NCBI GenBank assembly: GCA_964016885.1
Contig: OZ024747.1
Coordinates: forward strand, 55,490,001 to 55,554,000
DNA: 64,000 nucleotides
Source: Eledone cirrhosa
Taxonomy: Eukaryota
Reading direction: 5' to 3'
Shown: in pieces, positions 1 through 13,500 of the stretch
How the letters are laid out: each line of letters opens with the position of its first letter
How positions within the stretch are numbered: the stretch's first letter is position 1
Translations under genes and position numbers: made by a program
The notes under the pieces: model-generated
Database searches by the model: none
What the model was told of the DNA's origin: nothing
Seen by the model: the letters and a program-made list of their open reading frames with translations, nothing else

Positions 1-871
1 GTTTCAATGTAGAAATATTAGTTCGTATAAAAACAGGCACTATAATGTAAATATCGGTATTCATGAATGAGACACGTATCTATAATGTGTGAAAAGTAAT
101 GATCTTATGTCTAGTTTTAAAAATTCATATGTTTATATGATAACTACAAACATCGATGTGAATTTACGTGATCAGCTCTGCAAACTCCTATTTCACACGG
201 AGAACATTCTCATTGTGCTATAAAAATTTAAGTATACATATATGTGTATATATACACTTATATATATAGAGTCTATATTAATTTTAACAATACTATTCTT
301 GTCTTTACTCTACATGATTATCTATCAAGCAGAAATAGAGAACAGATTTCAATATATTAATAAAAATATCAGAAACAAAAACAAAAAATAATAATAAATA
401 AATAAAACAGAAAACTAAAAAATATTAAATATTAAAAATAAAAATATTAAAAATATTAAAAAATATTAAAATAATAAAATAATAAAAATAAAAATAAAAA
501 TAAAAACATAGTATGCCACGCAAATCGACCACAAAGATCAACCCTTCAAAATTAATTGACAATATATTGCCAAGTTCATTATAAGCATCAGAGTCGAAAA
601 CAGATAAAACCAAAAATTATTTACCAAATCCTGTCTAGCAGAAATCATTTGAAAAGTTTAGGATACCCATTTGGTCTACATATGTTCTTATATTTAATAT
701 AGAAGTTTATCTAGTGTAACATTTATTCGATATATTTGGAGCATCAACTTTTAGGGTAGTTTAATTTTTCATGAAGAATGTTTAAAATAAAAATAAAAAG
801 AAGAATAAAAAGAAGAAATCGAAAGATTTATCGGCTAGTTTCATAAATAATGACAAATCAACCTAAATATA

Positions 872-1882
872 CTACATTTTAAATTTAAATTTATATTTAA
901 AAGTTGAGTTCAATCTATGTTTGCAGCAACTGAATAATTTTGTCCGTAGATTAAGGGAATTTTTAGATTTTAGTATAAAGAATATCTCCTCCGCGCAGAG
1001 GTCACATGTCTCAGAGGATGAATTAAAAGGAATCCCTCTTGAGACGATACTCCAAGCCGTCGAATATCTAACGTTATCATGCCTAAGTTGCCAGAGTACG
1101 CCTGATAGTGCTGTTGAAGATTTTTTGCTTGGATCTGTGAAAGAATTCTTGTGGTTATTATAGCGAAGTTTAAATTCCGTCGATGTGGAACCAACGTAGT
1201 TAAAAGAATTAAAGTCCGTTTTAACATTACAGTTGTATATTATATTTTTAACTAAGCAGTTGTTATTTAACGGACATTTAGATCTATCTCTACAGTTACA
1301 TTTGTTAACTTGTATATTATTTATGCTATTATCGCTAGGTTTTAAGTTCCTATTATTTATTCTATTAATATTTTGTGCTAAATTTTTGGTGGATGAGTAG
1401 GTTAATTTTATAGTATGTCTATTGAAAATTGAGTGATACCTATGTGTTCTAGGGAAGCGATTATCAAGAGCTTTAAAAAATAGTTTAGCGATGTGGGTTT
1501 TAATGTTTAGTGAGAAGGGGGGGGGGGCAAACCATATTATGTTCCTAGGTCTATTTCTTTTTTGGCTTTTGGAATTATTGTAATGCTTTCTATTATAGTT
1601 GTTAATGTTGTGGCCGTAATTAAAATAGTTGTTATTTTGTTTAGTTTGTCTATCATTATCTATGTACATAATTTTATCATTATATCCTGCTCTAGCTAAC
1701 GCTTCATTGTAGTACTGGGCTTTTTCGTCGAAAATCTTTCTATTAGACGAGATTCTAGAGATACGTTTTTGAACAGAGTTTACTATAGTATTTTTAACAG
1801 ATCTGGGGTGGTTAGAGTTAAAGCTGACATAGTTTAAGTTTTCATTCAACTTGTGAAATGGATAGTGAAGACATGTGTTGAG
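872..1882 (-). pseudogene. Penelope-like ORF, C-terminal part (RT thumb, linker, GIY-YIG endonuclease); open frame but 5'-truncated
   Basis: Motifs YPFHKLNENLNYVSFNSNHP, IIWFAPPPFS, CNCRDRSKCPLNNNC, IIYNC...YVGSTSTEFKLRYNNH, CDLCAEE, CCKH. Confidence 0.9.
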
Positions 1883-2471
1883 CTGATGCTTATAATGAAC
1901 TTGGCAATATATTGTCAATTAATTTTGAAGGGTTGATCTTTGTGGTCGATTTGCGTGGCATACTATGTTTTTATTTTTATTTTTATTTTTATTATTTTAT
2001 TATTTTAATATTTTTTAATATTTTTAATATTTTTATTTTTAATATTTAATATTTTTTAGTTTTCTGTTTTATTTATTTATTATTATTTTTTGTTTTTGTT
2101 TCTGATATTTTTATTAATATATTGAAATCTGTTCTCTATTTCTGCTTGATAGATAATCATGTAGAGTAAAGACAAGAATAGTATTGTTAAAATTAATATA
2201 GACTCTATATATATGTGTATATATACACATATATGTATACTTAAATTTTTATAGCACAATGAGAATGTTCTCCGTGTGAAATAGGAGTTTGCAGAGCTGA
2301 TCACGTAAATTCACATCGATGTTTGTAGTTATCATATAAACATATGAATTTTTAAAACTAGACATAAGATCATTACTTTTCACACATTATAGATACGTGT
2401 CTCATTCATGAATACCGATATTTACATTATAGTGCCTGTTTTTATACGAACTAATATTTCTACATTGAAAC
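1883..2471. repeat. Right arm of ~590 bp inverted repeat (left arm 1-591)
   Basis: gtttcaatgtagaaatattag at 1 vs ctaatatttctacattgaaac ending 2471; ataagcatcag ending 591 vs ctgatgcttat at 1883. Confidence 0.95.
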
Positions 2472-2922
2472 ATAGGGTTTTTAAATTCTGCCTCGCCTAT
2501 GTCTGGTTACTTTTCATTTTTTTCTCTATATATAACGGCTGGTTTCTCTCCTAACCACATATATCTCCCTTACATTAATACTAGAGCTAAATAAATAAAT
2601 AAATAAATAAATGTATCATTGATACGTCATTCAACGGATGTTCAACTACCTACTTTTCTCTATATATATCTATCTCTATCTATTTCCTCTCTCTATATAT
2701 ATATCTCTCTCTGTTTCTTTACATGAAGTTCTTCTCTTTATCTATCTTTCCATCTCTCTATTTAGTTGCATGCATTTCTTCTTTTTCTTCGTTTTCTTTC
2801 TTTCTTTCCTTCTTTCTTTCTTTCTTTCTGTTTACAATTTTCACTGCCAAATCAACTTTTCAAATGCAAGTCGATGTTGAAAGGTATGTCAAATCTATTT
2901 ATTTATAAAACTGTCTATATTG

Positions 2923-2988
2923 TATTTTGTCTGAAGAAGGCATAACATATTGTTAATATGATATCCCTGAAATATATATAATGAAATA
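2923..2988 (+). ncRNA. Minimal type I hammerhead ribozyme
   Basis: tattttgt-CTGAAGA-aggcataacatatt(gtt)aatatgatatccct-GAAA-tatata-TA-atgaaata; all three stems pair, stem III palindromic. Confidence 0.75.
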
Positions 2989-3513
2989 AATATGGTTTTA
3001 TAAATATAGTTTCCATTTATTTAATATCGTATATATATATATATATATATATATGTATTTATATATATATAAATACATGTACACACATACATATATACGT
3101 ACATGCCTACACTCCCACATACATACATACACACCCACATACATACATACATACATACATACATACATACATACATACATACATACATACATACATACAT
3201 ACATACATACATACATACATGTATACGCAAGCTTATACAAGCACTAGCTTTACTTTACCATTTTATCAAAGGCGAAGATGGTGGCCATGAGTGAAACTTC
3301 ATAAACTTACCTTCTATCTTCTTTCTAATTAATCAGACCTCCATTTTACCATTCCAGCATTTAATTTCCTGTCTTTCTCTTTTGCTAGATATGTCTACTG
3401 CTATATACTGAACACTGTCATGTCAACTATTTGATGCTACTGCTGTTGTTGTTAATGATGATGATGATGATGATGACGGTGATGATGGTAATAAATGTGA
3501 CGGTGATGATGAC

Positions 3514-3544
<31 letters not shown>

Positions 3545-3808
3545 TTTTTATCTAGTTAAACTGGCCTGGTCAGCAAATGTTGTCTTTACAAGAGAATGGT
3601 ATTTGTTTGGTGAACATACATGTGTGCGAAGATATATAAATACATACATACATACGAACATACATATTTTTAGACTTACAGTACAACACACTTACACACA
3701 CATACATACATACATACATACATATATACATACATACATACATATCCATTCATTACACCCACATACATATATAAATACATATATATATATATAGGCGTAT
3801 ATACATTC

Positions 3809-5177
3809 ATGCATCCATACACATACATATATACATACACACATACACATATATACATGCATAAATACATGCACGCTTGCATACATACATACATACATAT
3901 GCACATACATACATATATAGACACAAACACATACATACATACATACATACATACATACATACATACATACATACATACATACATACATACATACATACAC
4001 ACATACACGTATATACATGCATAAATACATGCACGCTTGCATACATACATACATACATATGCACATACATACATATATAGACACAAACACATACATACAT
4101 ACATACATACATACATACATACATACATACATACATACATACATACATACATACATGTATACATACACACATACACATATATACATGCATAAATACATGC
4201 GCGCTTGCATACATACATACATATGGACATACATACATATATAGACACAAACACATACATACATACATACATACATACATACATACATACATACATACAT
4301 ACATACATACATACATACATACATGTATACATACACACATACACATATATACATGCATAAATACATGCGCGCTTGCATACATACATACATATGAACATAC
4401 ATACATATATAGACACAAACACATACATACATACATACATACATACATACATACATACATACATACATACATACATACATGTATACATACACACATACAC
4501 ATATATACATGCATAAATACATGCGCGCTTGCATACATACATACATATGAACATACATACATATATAGACACAAATACATACATACATACATACATACAT
4601 ACATACATACATACATACATACATACATACACACATACACATATATATTTGCATAAATACATGCGCGCTTGCATACATACATATGCACATACATACATAT
4701 ATAGACACAAACACATACATACATACATACATACATACATACATACATACATACATACATACATACATACTTACATGTATACATACACACATACACATAT
4801 ATACATGCATAAATACATGCGCGCTTGCATACATACATACATATGAACATACATACATATATAGACACAAACACATACATACATACATACATACATACAT
4901 ACATACATACATACATACATACATACATACATACATACACACATACACATATATATTTGCATAAATACATGCGCGCTTGCATACATACATATGCACATAC
5001 ATACATATATAGACACAAACACATACATACATACATATATACATACACACATACACATATATATTTGCATAAATACATGCATGCTTGCATACATACATAT
5101 GCACAAACACATACATACATACATACATACATACATACATACATACATACATACATACATACATACATACATACATA
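3809..5177. repeat. Higher-order satellite, 9 units of 108-168 bp built on (CATA)n
   Basis: Marker gcataaatacatgc(a/g)(c/t)gcttgc recurs with gc at 3871, 4031, 4199, 4367, 4523, 4663, 4819, 4971, 5079. Confidence 0.9.
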
Positions 5178-5190
5178 GATACATACATAG

Positions 5191-5280
<90 letters not shown>

Positions 5281-5369
5281 GCACATAGATACATACATAA
5301 AATTATTCCGTTTACAATTGTTCTGTGATGACTATCAGCTACGACTATCAGAAACAAATGGCCACTCTC

Positions 5370-6518
5370 GTCATCATCATCATCATCAGCCACACCACCA
5401 TCATCATCATCATCTTCATCATCATCATCATCATCATCATCATCTCCCCTACCACCAGTGTACGACTCATTAATACCATTCTACTCATATTCAACGCAAT
5501 CAACATCATCATTATTAGACTCATCATCACCAACATAACCATTAAAATCACCGCCGTCATCATCTTCATTAGCATTTCACTTCTCGTCGTCATCTTCATC
5601 ATCATCGTCGTCACCATCATCACCATCATCATCATCATCATCATCTTCATCAACATCATCATCGTCGTCATCATCATCATCATCATCATCATCTTCATCG
5701 ACATCATCATCATCACCATCACCATCATCATCATCACCATCATCATCATCACCATCATCATCACCATCACCATCACCATCCCCCCATCACCATCCTCACC
5801 ATCATCACCATCATCATCATCATCTTCATCAACATCATCATCGTCGTCATCATCACCATCACCATCATCATCATCATCATCATCATCACCATCATCATCA
5901 TCATCGTCATCATCACCATCACCATCATCATCATCACCATCATCATCATCACCATCATCATCACCATCACCATCCCCATCACCATCCTCATCATCATCAC
6001 CATCATCATCATCATCTTCATCAACATCATCATCGTCGTCATCATCACCATCATCACCATCATCATCATCATCGACATCATCATCATCACCATCACCATC
6101 CCCACCACCACCATCATCATCATCATCATCAACATCAACATCATCGACATCACCATCATCATCATCATCATCACCATCATCATGATCATCATAACCGTAA
6201 TCGACATCGAGCTCATTTTTAAAGTCATATTCATAATCTCCATTATAATCACGAGGGCTACCATCACCAATCAACATTATGGTAGCCATCGTCGTCTCTT
6301 ATATCATAGCCATCATTATCTCTATCTGACAACATCCTGATCACAGTCAAAGTCGTCTTCACCTTCAACCTCATAATCCCCACCACCACCACCACCACCA
6401 CCATCATCGTAATAGTCACCATCATCATCATCACATCATCGTTATCACCACCGTCTTCATCATTATCATCACCATCACCACCTACATCACCACCTTTACC
6501 ATCATCAGTGCCACCAAC
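5370..6518. repeat. Degenerate (CAT/CAC)n trinucleotide array
   Basis: Direct reading; gives poly-H/S/I and poly-D/M artefact ORFs. Confidence 0.95.
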
Positions 6519-6529
6519 ATTATCGTTTA

Positions 6530-7108
6530 GGTAAATTGGCGGTGTATGGCAGTATCGGTAGAGGGTCGGACGCCATGCTTTGCAGCATAGTTACGTCCCT
6601 TTACGATCTGAGTTCAAATCCCGCCGAGGTTAACTTTGCCTTTCATCCTTACGGGGTCGATAAAATAAAGTACCAGTAATGTACTGGGTAATTGCTGGCC
6701 TTGTGCCTAAAGTAGAAACAATTATCGTTTAGGTGAATTGGCAGTATCGGTAGAGGGTCGGACGCCATGCTTTGACGCATAGAGTTACGGCCCTTTACGG
6801 TCTGAGTTCAAATCCCGCCGAGGTTAACTTTGCCTTTCATCCTTACGGGGTCGATAAAATAAAGTACCAGTAATGTACTGGCTAATTGCTGGCCTTGTGC
6901 CTAAAGTAGAAACAATTATCGTTTACGTGAATTGGCAGTATCGGTAGAGGGTCGGACGCCATGCTTTGCAGCAAATAGTTACCTCCCTTTACGGTCTGAG
7001 TTCAAATCCCGCCGAGGTTAACTTTGCCTTTCATCCTTACGGGGTCGATAAAATAAAGTACCAGTAATGCACTGGGTAATTGCTGGCCTTGTGCCAAAAG
7101 TAGAAACA
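6530..7108 (+). mobile_element. Three tandem tRNA-type SINE copies (6530-6720, 6732-6914, 6926-7108)
   Basis: A-box-like tggcagtatcggtag, B-box gagttcaaatccc, core gcctttcatccttacggggtcgataaaataaagtaccag; each copy bounded by attatcgttta. Confidence 0.9.
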
Positions 7109-7119
7109 ATTATCGTTTA

Positions 7120-7858
7120 TAATCATCATCACCACCCCACCACTAACCATTATAATCATCGTCGCCATCATCATCACCACCACCACTACCACCACTACCA
7201 CCATCGTCATTGTCATCATTTGCCCTCATCGTTATCTCTCTCATCATCATCATCATGACCAACAATATAAATAAGGCTTCTACGATCAATATCTGTAAAT
7301 TATTATTCATGTGCCATCATCACCATCATCACCATCAACGCCATCATCATCATCATCACCATCATCACCATCAACACCACCATCACCATCAACACCATCA
7401 ACACCATCATCACCATCATCACCATCATCACCATCATCACCATCAACGCCATCATCATCATCATCACCATCATCACCATCAACACCATCATCACCATCAC
7501 CACCATCGACACCACCATCACCCACATCACCATCATCACCATCACCACCATCGACACCACCATCACCCACATCACCATCATCACCATCACCACCATCAAC
7601 ACCACCATCACCATCCTCACCATCATCACCATCACCACCATCAACACCACCATCACCCACATCACCATCATCACCATCATCACCATCAACACCACCATCA
7701 CCCACATCACCAACACCACCATCATCACCATCAACACCATCATCACCATCATCACCATCAACACCCACATCACCATCATCACCATCATCACCATCAACAC
7801 TTTCAACACCATCAATGCCATCATCACCCCCATCACCATCAACATTAGCACCATCATA

Positions 7859-7889
<31 letters not shown>

Positions 7890-8610
7890 CCATCATCAGC
7901 ATCATCAACATCACCGCCATAAACATTAACACCATCATCACCATCAACACCACCAAAACTATCACCGCCACCACCGCCATCACGCCATCAACACCATCAC
8001 CATCAACACCACCAATACTATCACCGCCACCACCGCCATCACGCCATCAACACCATCACCATCAACACCATCAATACTATCACTGCCACCAACGCCATCA
8101 CGCCATCAACACCACCACCATCAACACCACCAACACTATCACAGCCACCACCGCCATCACGTCATCAACGCCACCACCATCAACATCACCAATACTATCA
8201 CTGCCACCACCGCCATCACGCCATCAACACCATCACCATCAACCCCACCAATACTATCACCGCCACCACCGCCAGCACCGCCATTACGGCATCAACACCA
8301 CCAATACTATCACCGTCACCACCGCCACCACCGCCACCACGCCATCAACGCCATCACCATCAACACCAGCAATACCATCACCGCCATCACCGCCATCACT
8401 ACCAATACCCTCACCGCCAACACCACCAATACTATCACCGCCACCATCGCCAGCACCATCAACAGCATCACCTCACGTCATCAACACCATCACCATCAAC
8501 ACCACCAATACTATCACCGCCACCACCGCCATCACACCATCAACACCATCACCGCCATCACCATCAACACTAACATCAACACCATCCACGCCATCAACAC
8601 CGTCAACCTC
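7120..8610. repeat. (CAT/CAC/CAA)n array grading into a ~57-bp minisatellite (about 7920-8600)
   Basis: Recurrent caccaatactatcaccgccaccaccgccatcacgccatcaacaccatcaccatcaacac. Confidence 0.85.
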
Positions 8611-8819
8611 TCCCATACAATCTACTATACGTTGGTCAAGTTGATTAAATATTTATGTATCAACTCATATCTTTACATATTTCAATGACACCGAGAAAGT
8701 AGGTTTTAAGTTGTAACCCAACATACACTGAGATTATGTCTGTAGGCACACAAGCTGTATAATCATTATGAAGGCCAAATACCTGTAAATACATGTATAT
8801 TAAATATGTATAAATGTAT

Positions 8820-8890
<71 letters not shown>

Positions 8891-9039
8891 AAAAGAGTCA
8901 GGATCCCGACCGCTTAGCTTCGGCCGTTTCGACAGCCAGGTCTGAACCCTATATACAGAAAATAATTTCCAGATATTGATCGTAGTAGCGACCATATGTG
9001 TGTGTGGTGTGTTTATATATATATATATATATATAAATA

Positions 9040-9446
9040 TAATATATGATCAAAAGATGGTTAAAAGAGTTCCAAGTATTTTATTATGCGCATTTCAAAA
9101 ATAAATATCATCATGAGATGACATCTGCGTTTTCATCAGATAAAATAGGGATACGTGATATGAAGGTTAAAAAACACTTGTGAATAATGAAGTTTTAAAT
9201 CAACATATACTTCACTATTCACAAGTGTTTTTTAACCTTCATATCATGTATCCCTATTTTATCTGATGAAAACGCAGATTTGATCTCCTGATGATATTTG
9301 TTTTTGAAATGCGCATAATAAAATTCTTGGAACTCTTTTAACCATCTTTTGATCTTATATTATTTATACTCCAGTCCTACAAACTGTAGAGTGCTACTTA
9401 TCCGATATTTGCATTGCTTTATTGGGCTACAATAAGACTCACCTCC

Positions 9447-9450
<4 letters not shown>
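9040..9450 (+). mobile_element. Fold-back hammerhead mini-element, family A
   Basis: Arms 9040-9193 and 9209-9362 are inverted; ~85 bp extra tail to 9450; flanked by (TA)n; homologous to 27384-27811. Confidence 0.85.
9257..9323 (+). ncRNA. Type I hammerhead ribozyme (mirror copy 9079-9145 on minus)
   Basis: ttttat-CTGATGA-aaacgcagat...atttgttttt-GAAA-tgcgca-TA-ataaaa. Confidence 0.8.
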
Positions 9451-9519
<69 letters not shown>

Positions 9520-9522
<3 letters not shown>

Positions 9523-9575
9523 AAAAAGTTTGATCCCGACGGCAGAGCTCAAGCCGTTTCGACGGCTATTCTAGA
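9520..9575 (-). mobile_element. Family B arm fragment (diverged relative at 8889-8945)
   Basis: Reverse complement reads agccgtcGAAAcggcttgagctctgccgTCggga. Confidence 0.7.
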
Positions 9576-9857
9576 ATATATCTATATATTCAAATGAAAA
9601 ACTGTAGATAAAAATCAGCGTTAATACCCTGTAATTAGAGGGCTCAAAGTATGAGAACTGGGCTCTTTATAATATAATATATAGAAATAAACACACAAAA
9701 AAATGTCTTTTGAATGACATGGGGTGAAAACGACTACGGTGCAGTACATATAAACTACGAAAAAACGGAAAATACATAATAACCGGCAAAGGTGAATTAA
9801 AATGTACTAACTGTTTCAATAACTGTTAAACTCCTGGACAAATTACAGATAGAGTTT

Positions 9858-10320
9858 GTAAACCCATACGTACATGTATATATATGTGTGCATGTATGTA
9901 TATATATATACATACTACTGTACGTCTGTATACATATATGTATGTATGTATACATACATACTTACACTTAAGTATCAGCCGTAATAAGAGTGAGAAGTGA
10001 AATTTCGTTTCATTCTTTTCCATTTATCGTTTTCGGTGGTGCCCCCGGCCGACTAACTAACTCGATATGCAAATTAGGCTGCTCAGCCGTTAATATGCAT
10101 GAGGAAAGTATATACTTTCAGACGTTCAACCATATGATAGGAAGGTATACGATGCTGACGATAGCTAATATGCTTGAAACTAGTACATCGTTCCTGTGTC
10201 AGTGTTGAGTGTTGAACAAACAGGCGACGATAGTTTCCTGAACACTGTACGGCGTAATTCGGGCTGTTTATTTACAAACAAACCGAGCATTATAATAAAT
10301 GTTCGGTAAACCCATACGTA

Positions 10321-10394
<74 letters not shown>

Positions 10395-10435
10395 CATGTA
10401 TGTATATATATACATACTACTGCACGTCTGTTATA
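9858..10435 (+). mobile_element. Retrozyme-like element, family D (~448 bp unit plus partial second unit)
   Basis: gtaaacccatacgtac at 9858 and 10306; catactactg(t/c)acgtctgt repeated after each; homologous to 56392-57020. Confidence 0.8.
10149..10191 (+). ncRNA. Minimal type I hammerhead ribozyme
   Basis: acgatg-CTGACGA-tagc(taatat)gctt-GAAA-ctag-TA-catcgt; perfect 6-bp stem I. Confidence 0.9.
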
Positions 10436-10860
10436 TATATATATTAACTATTGGTTAACATGTTTGCCTTACCATCTTCAGGCGTCGCACATCAGATTCG
10501 GTTTCACTACATACCATCCTTGAAGAACGTCTTCTGACACGGCTTCATGTCGAAGTATACCACGAGTGGAATTACGTTAACAGAAATTATATTAAATCCT
10601 GTGCGCGTGCCTAGTAAACAATATTAACCATTGCATATACATTCTATATTCTGAATCTCACATTTCGTAATATTCCATCAATAAGTCTGTTATTCCCTGA
10701 TGAGCCGACAATAATCACTAAAAGACTGATATAAGAATTGTCTCTCGTGTTCTCTGTGTAAGGAGGTATACTTAAAAGTGTTTACATTTCATATTTTACC
10801 TTTTAACAGTTTAGATATATAATTAAACATAAATATTAATATCTCCATTAATTTTACCTC

Positions 10861-10961
<101 letters not shown>

Positions 10962-11801
10962 AGGGTCTGTGTGAGAGTATATGTATGTACGTGTTTATGT
11001 GTGTGTGTTTATGAACAGCTTATGTTGAAGAGCAGCTTATCTAGTAGTAAGTATATTGTAGAACTAATCTTTTGTTAACAACACCAATAAGTTTAATAGA
11101 AACAACACCAATTCCCAAGACATTAAAAAAGCAACAAATGCAAAAACAAAAGTCTAGGCAGAATAAACCTATAAGTCATTCTTTATAAACATTTTATGTC
11201 ATTAACAAAGTATTTTCTATAATTAATAAATGGTGTCTCTGATAAAGAAATTAGTTTATAAACTTGTGTAATAGAACGATTGGGTATATACTAATGGGTA
11301 TATATTTTTTTACTGCGTTTTTACCTTATGTTTAGTTTTTATTTATTTCTATCTAATTCCCTTTTTTTTTTATTTCTTATCATTTATTTTATTTTTATTT
11401 TTTTATTTTTTCGTTTCCTTTTCGAAAAGAAATTCTCAGAAACGTTAAGTTCTGTTATCTTTCATATATGTCTTGAATTCAGTTCTCTACTTCATTTATT
11501 ATCGACAAAAAAAATATTGGCCAGATTCTCTGACATTAATTCCAATGTTTTAGCTTGAGTTCTTTGAAGACTTAACATACAAAAGAACATGAGATATCTT
11601 TCCAACAGGGAAAGACATACAAAATAATACGGAATTTACTAGAAATGACAATTGGGCAATAGTATAATATAAAAAGAAATTAGGAATTTTTGGACTATTT
11701 TTGTCTATTTTTTTCATCAAATTCTATTTTTCATTCTCTCTCTCCATAATTTATACGCACATACACACAGAAACAAACACACACAGGCACATACGTATAT
11801 T

Positions 11802-11866
<65 letters not shown>

Positions 11867-12039
11867 ATATATATATATGTATGTATATATATACATATAT
11901 ATACACACATATATATATATGTATATATACATACATATATATATGTATATATACATACATATATATATGTATATATACATACATATATATATCTATACAC
12001 ACACACACACATATATATCTATATATATATATATATATT

Positions 12040-12195
12040 TAATATAGAAATGGCTTCTACAGGACTACAACTGTTTCATTCGGGAGAAATCATTAGGAAG
12101 CCTGTAGAAGCCATTTCTACATTAAATATTTATACTCTGCTATGTATTGAGTACCTTACTTGCTGTGGTTACCCCGATTGAACCGGGATAAGCTT
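12040..12195 (+). mobile_element. Fold-back hammerhead mini-element, family C
   Basis: tagaaatggcttctacagg / cctgtagaagccatttcta inverted; minus strand cttc-CTAATGA-tttctcccgaat-GAAA-cagttgtagtcctg-TA-gaag; tail matches 26820-26890. Confidence 0.75.
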
Positions 12196-12249
12196 ATATA
12201 TATATATATATATGCGCGCGCGTGTGCGTGTGTGTGTGTGTGTCTGATA

Positions 12250-13500
12250 TTACAAAGTATTTGAAGAACCTAGCAGCTTCATAGTGGTTTATGTTAAAGC
12301 AATTATTCTCCATTATGAGGAGGTCACATATGCAACTGAAGTAATGGTGAAGATGTCCCTTTGACAACAAATAATATGAAACTGCTAGATATTTGGATAT
12401 CAAACTAAAATTATTTATTGAAATATATACATTAATTCTATGCTTACATATCGATGGTCCATTCTTTCCTAATACTAAGTCACACACAACTAATGATATA
12501 TATAGATGTGGCTTGAAAAGCGATAATCCAATGAGGGGTATACAAAATTCACGACTTGATCTTTTAATGTAGCTTGGGATGCGATTGAACACGACATATT
12601 TCATGAGTATTATATAATTAATTAGGTGGATTATATAATTAAGGGCGGTGGATTGGCAGTATCGGTAGAGGCTCGGACGTCATGTATTCCAGAATAATAA
12701 CGTCCCTTTACGATCTGAGTTCAAATCCCGCCGAGGTTGACTTTGCCTTTCATCCTTACGGGTTCGATAAAATAAAGTACCAGTAATGCACTGGGTAATT
12801 GCTGGCCTTGTGCCTAAAGTAGAAACAATTATATAATTAATTAGGATTTCCTGCCTTATGTATGGTCATATTATTACAGGGTTTACTAACCTGAAGCCTG
12901 AGGGCTGCACTGGGACTTGGGCCCAATCTATTTATGTTGTCGATGGCCCCAAATACCTGAAAATCTATGGGCACGGCTAGACGTTAATACAGCCTCAAAG
13001 CTCTACCTACCAAGCCACTGCTGAAAGTAATTCAAGCCTACATATTAAACTGTTAAGTAGTTCCTACTACTGCACAGGAATATTTGCCTAATTATAGAGG
13101 TTTAATGCCTGGACTATATTATGTATATGGCTGTTAAAGTTGATGCCTTATGTCCCAAAATGTTCTACAAGCCCGTACACTATTTGTTTGCTATAGCAGT
13201 ATCAAAGTTTGAAGTGCCATAGAAGGGCGGAATATATTTGAAATCCATGAATTATTATGCCATAAGATAAGGACCAATACAGGGTGAGTTAAGACGAATA
13301 GTGCTTAGTTGGGATCTCTTGAAGGTAGGGTGAGAGGGGCAACATATCTCTGATGTATTATTAAATTACGATGAAGCTAACGAGCTCGATTCAGAGGGTA
13401 AATTGCTGTAAAAACACTTTGGGTCTAATATTTCAACGACACTAACATTGTAAGTATATATGTCTTATTATTGATGCATTCACAACCTAGGCTGTATTGG
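12250..13500 (+). mobile_element. Highly decayed LINE RT remnant (CR1/L2-like), interrupted by a SINE
   Basis: Weak traces: DIYID-like near 12495 and PQG..LGPNLFML-like at 12897-12940; many stops and frameshifts. Confidence 0.3.
12643..12827 (+). mobile_element. tRNA-type SINE
   Basis: Same family as 6530; TSD attatataattaattag at 12609-12625 and 12828-12844. Confidence 0.9.

Larger units (their letters stand above)
1..3029 (-). mobile_element. 5'-truncated Penelope-like element (Naiad-type) with inverted pLTR copy; left end runs out of the window
   Basis: Minus-strand ORF 872-1918 with RT thumb and GIY-YIG. 1-591 is the reverse complement of 1883-2471 (about one 2-bp indel). The right arm is inferred to continue to the (TA)n at ~3030 and has a hammerhead at 2923-2988. 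Confidence 0.85.

Noticed and set aside
6530-6620. tRNA genes
   Set aside because: A/B boxes are SINE heads with no full cloverleaf, and continue into SINE body with TSDs.
5348-7983. Asp/Gly-rich and His-rich ORFs resembling biomineralisation or His-rich proteins
   Set aside because: (CAT/CAC)n repeats open in most frames, no signal peptide or supported splice structure, interrupted by SINEs.
9040-9450. MITE/DNA transposon or pre-miRNA interpretation of the palindromes
   Set aside because: Arms are asymmetric (one has an extra tail), inversion points vary in most families, and hammerhead cores are present; this fits Penelope-type insertion better.
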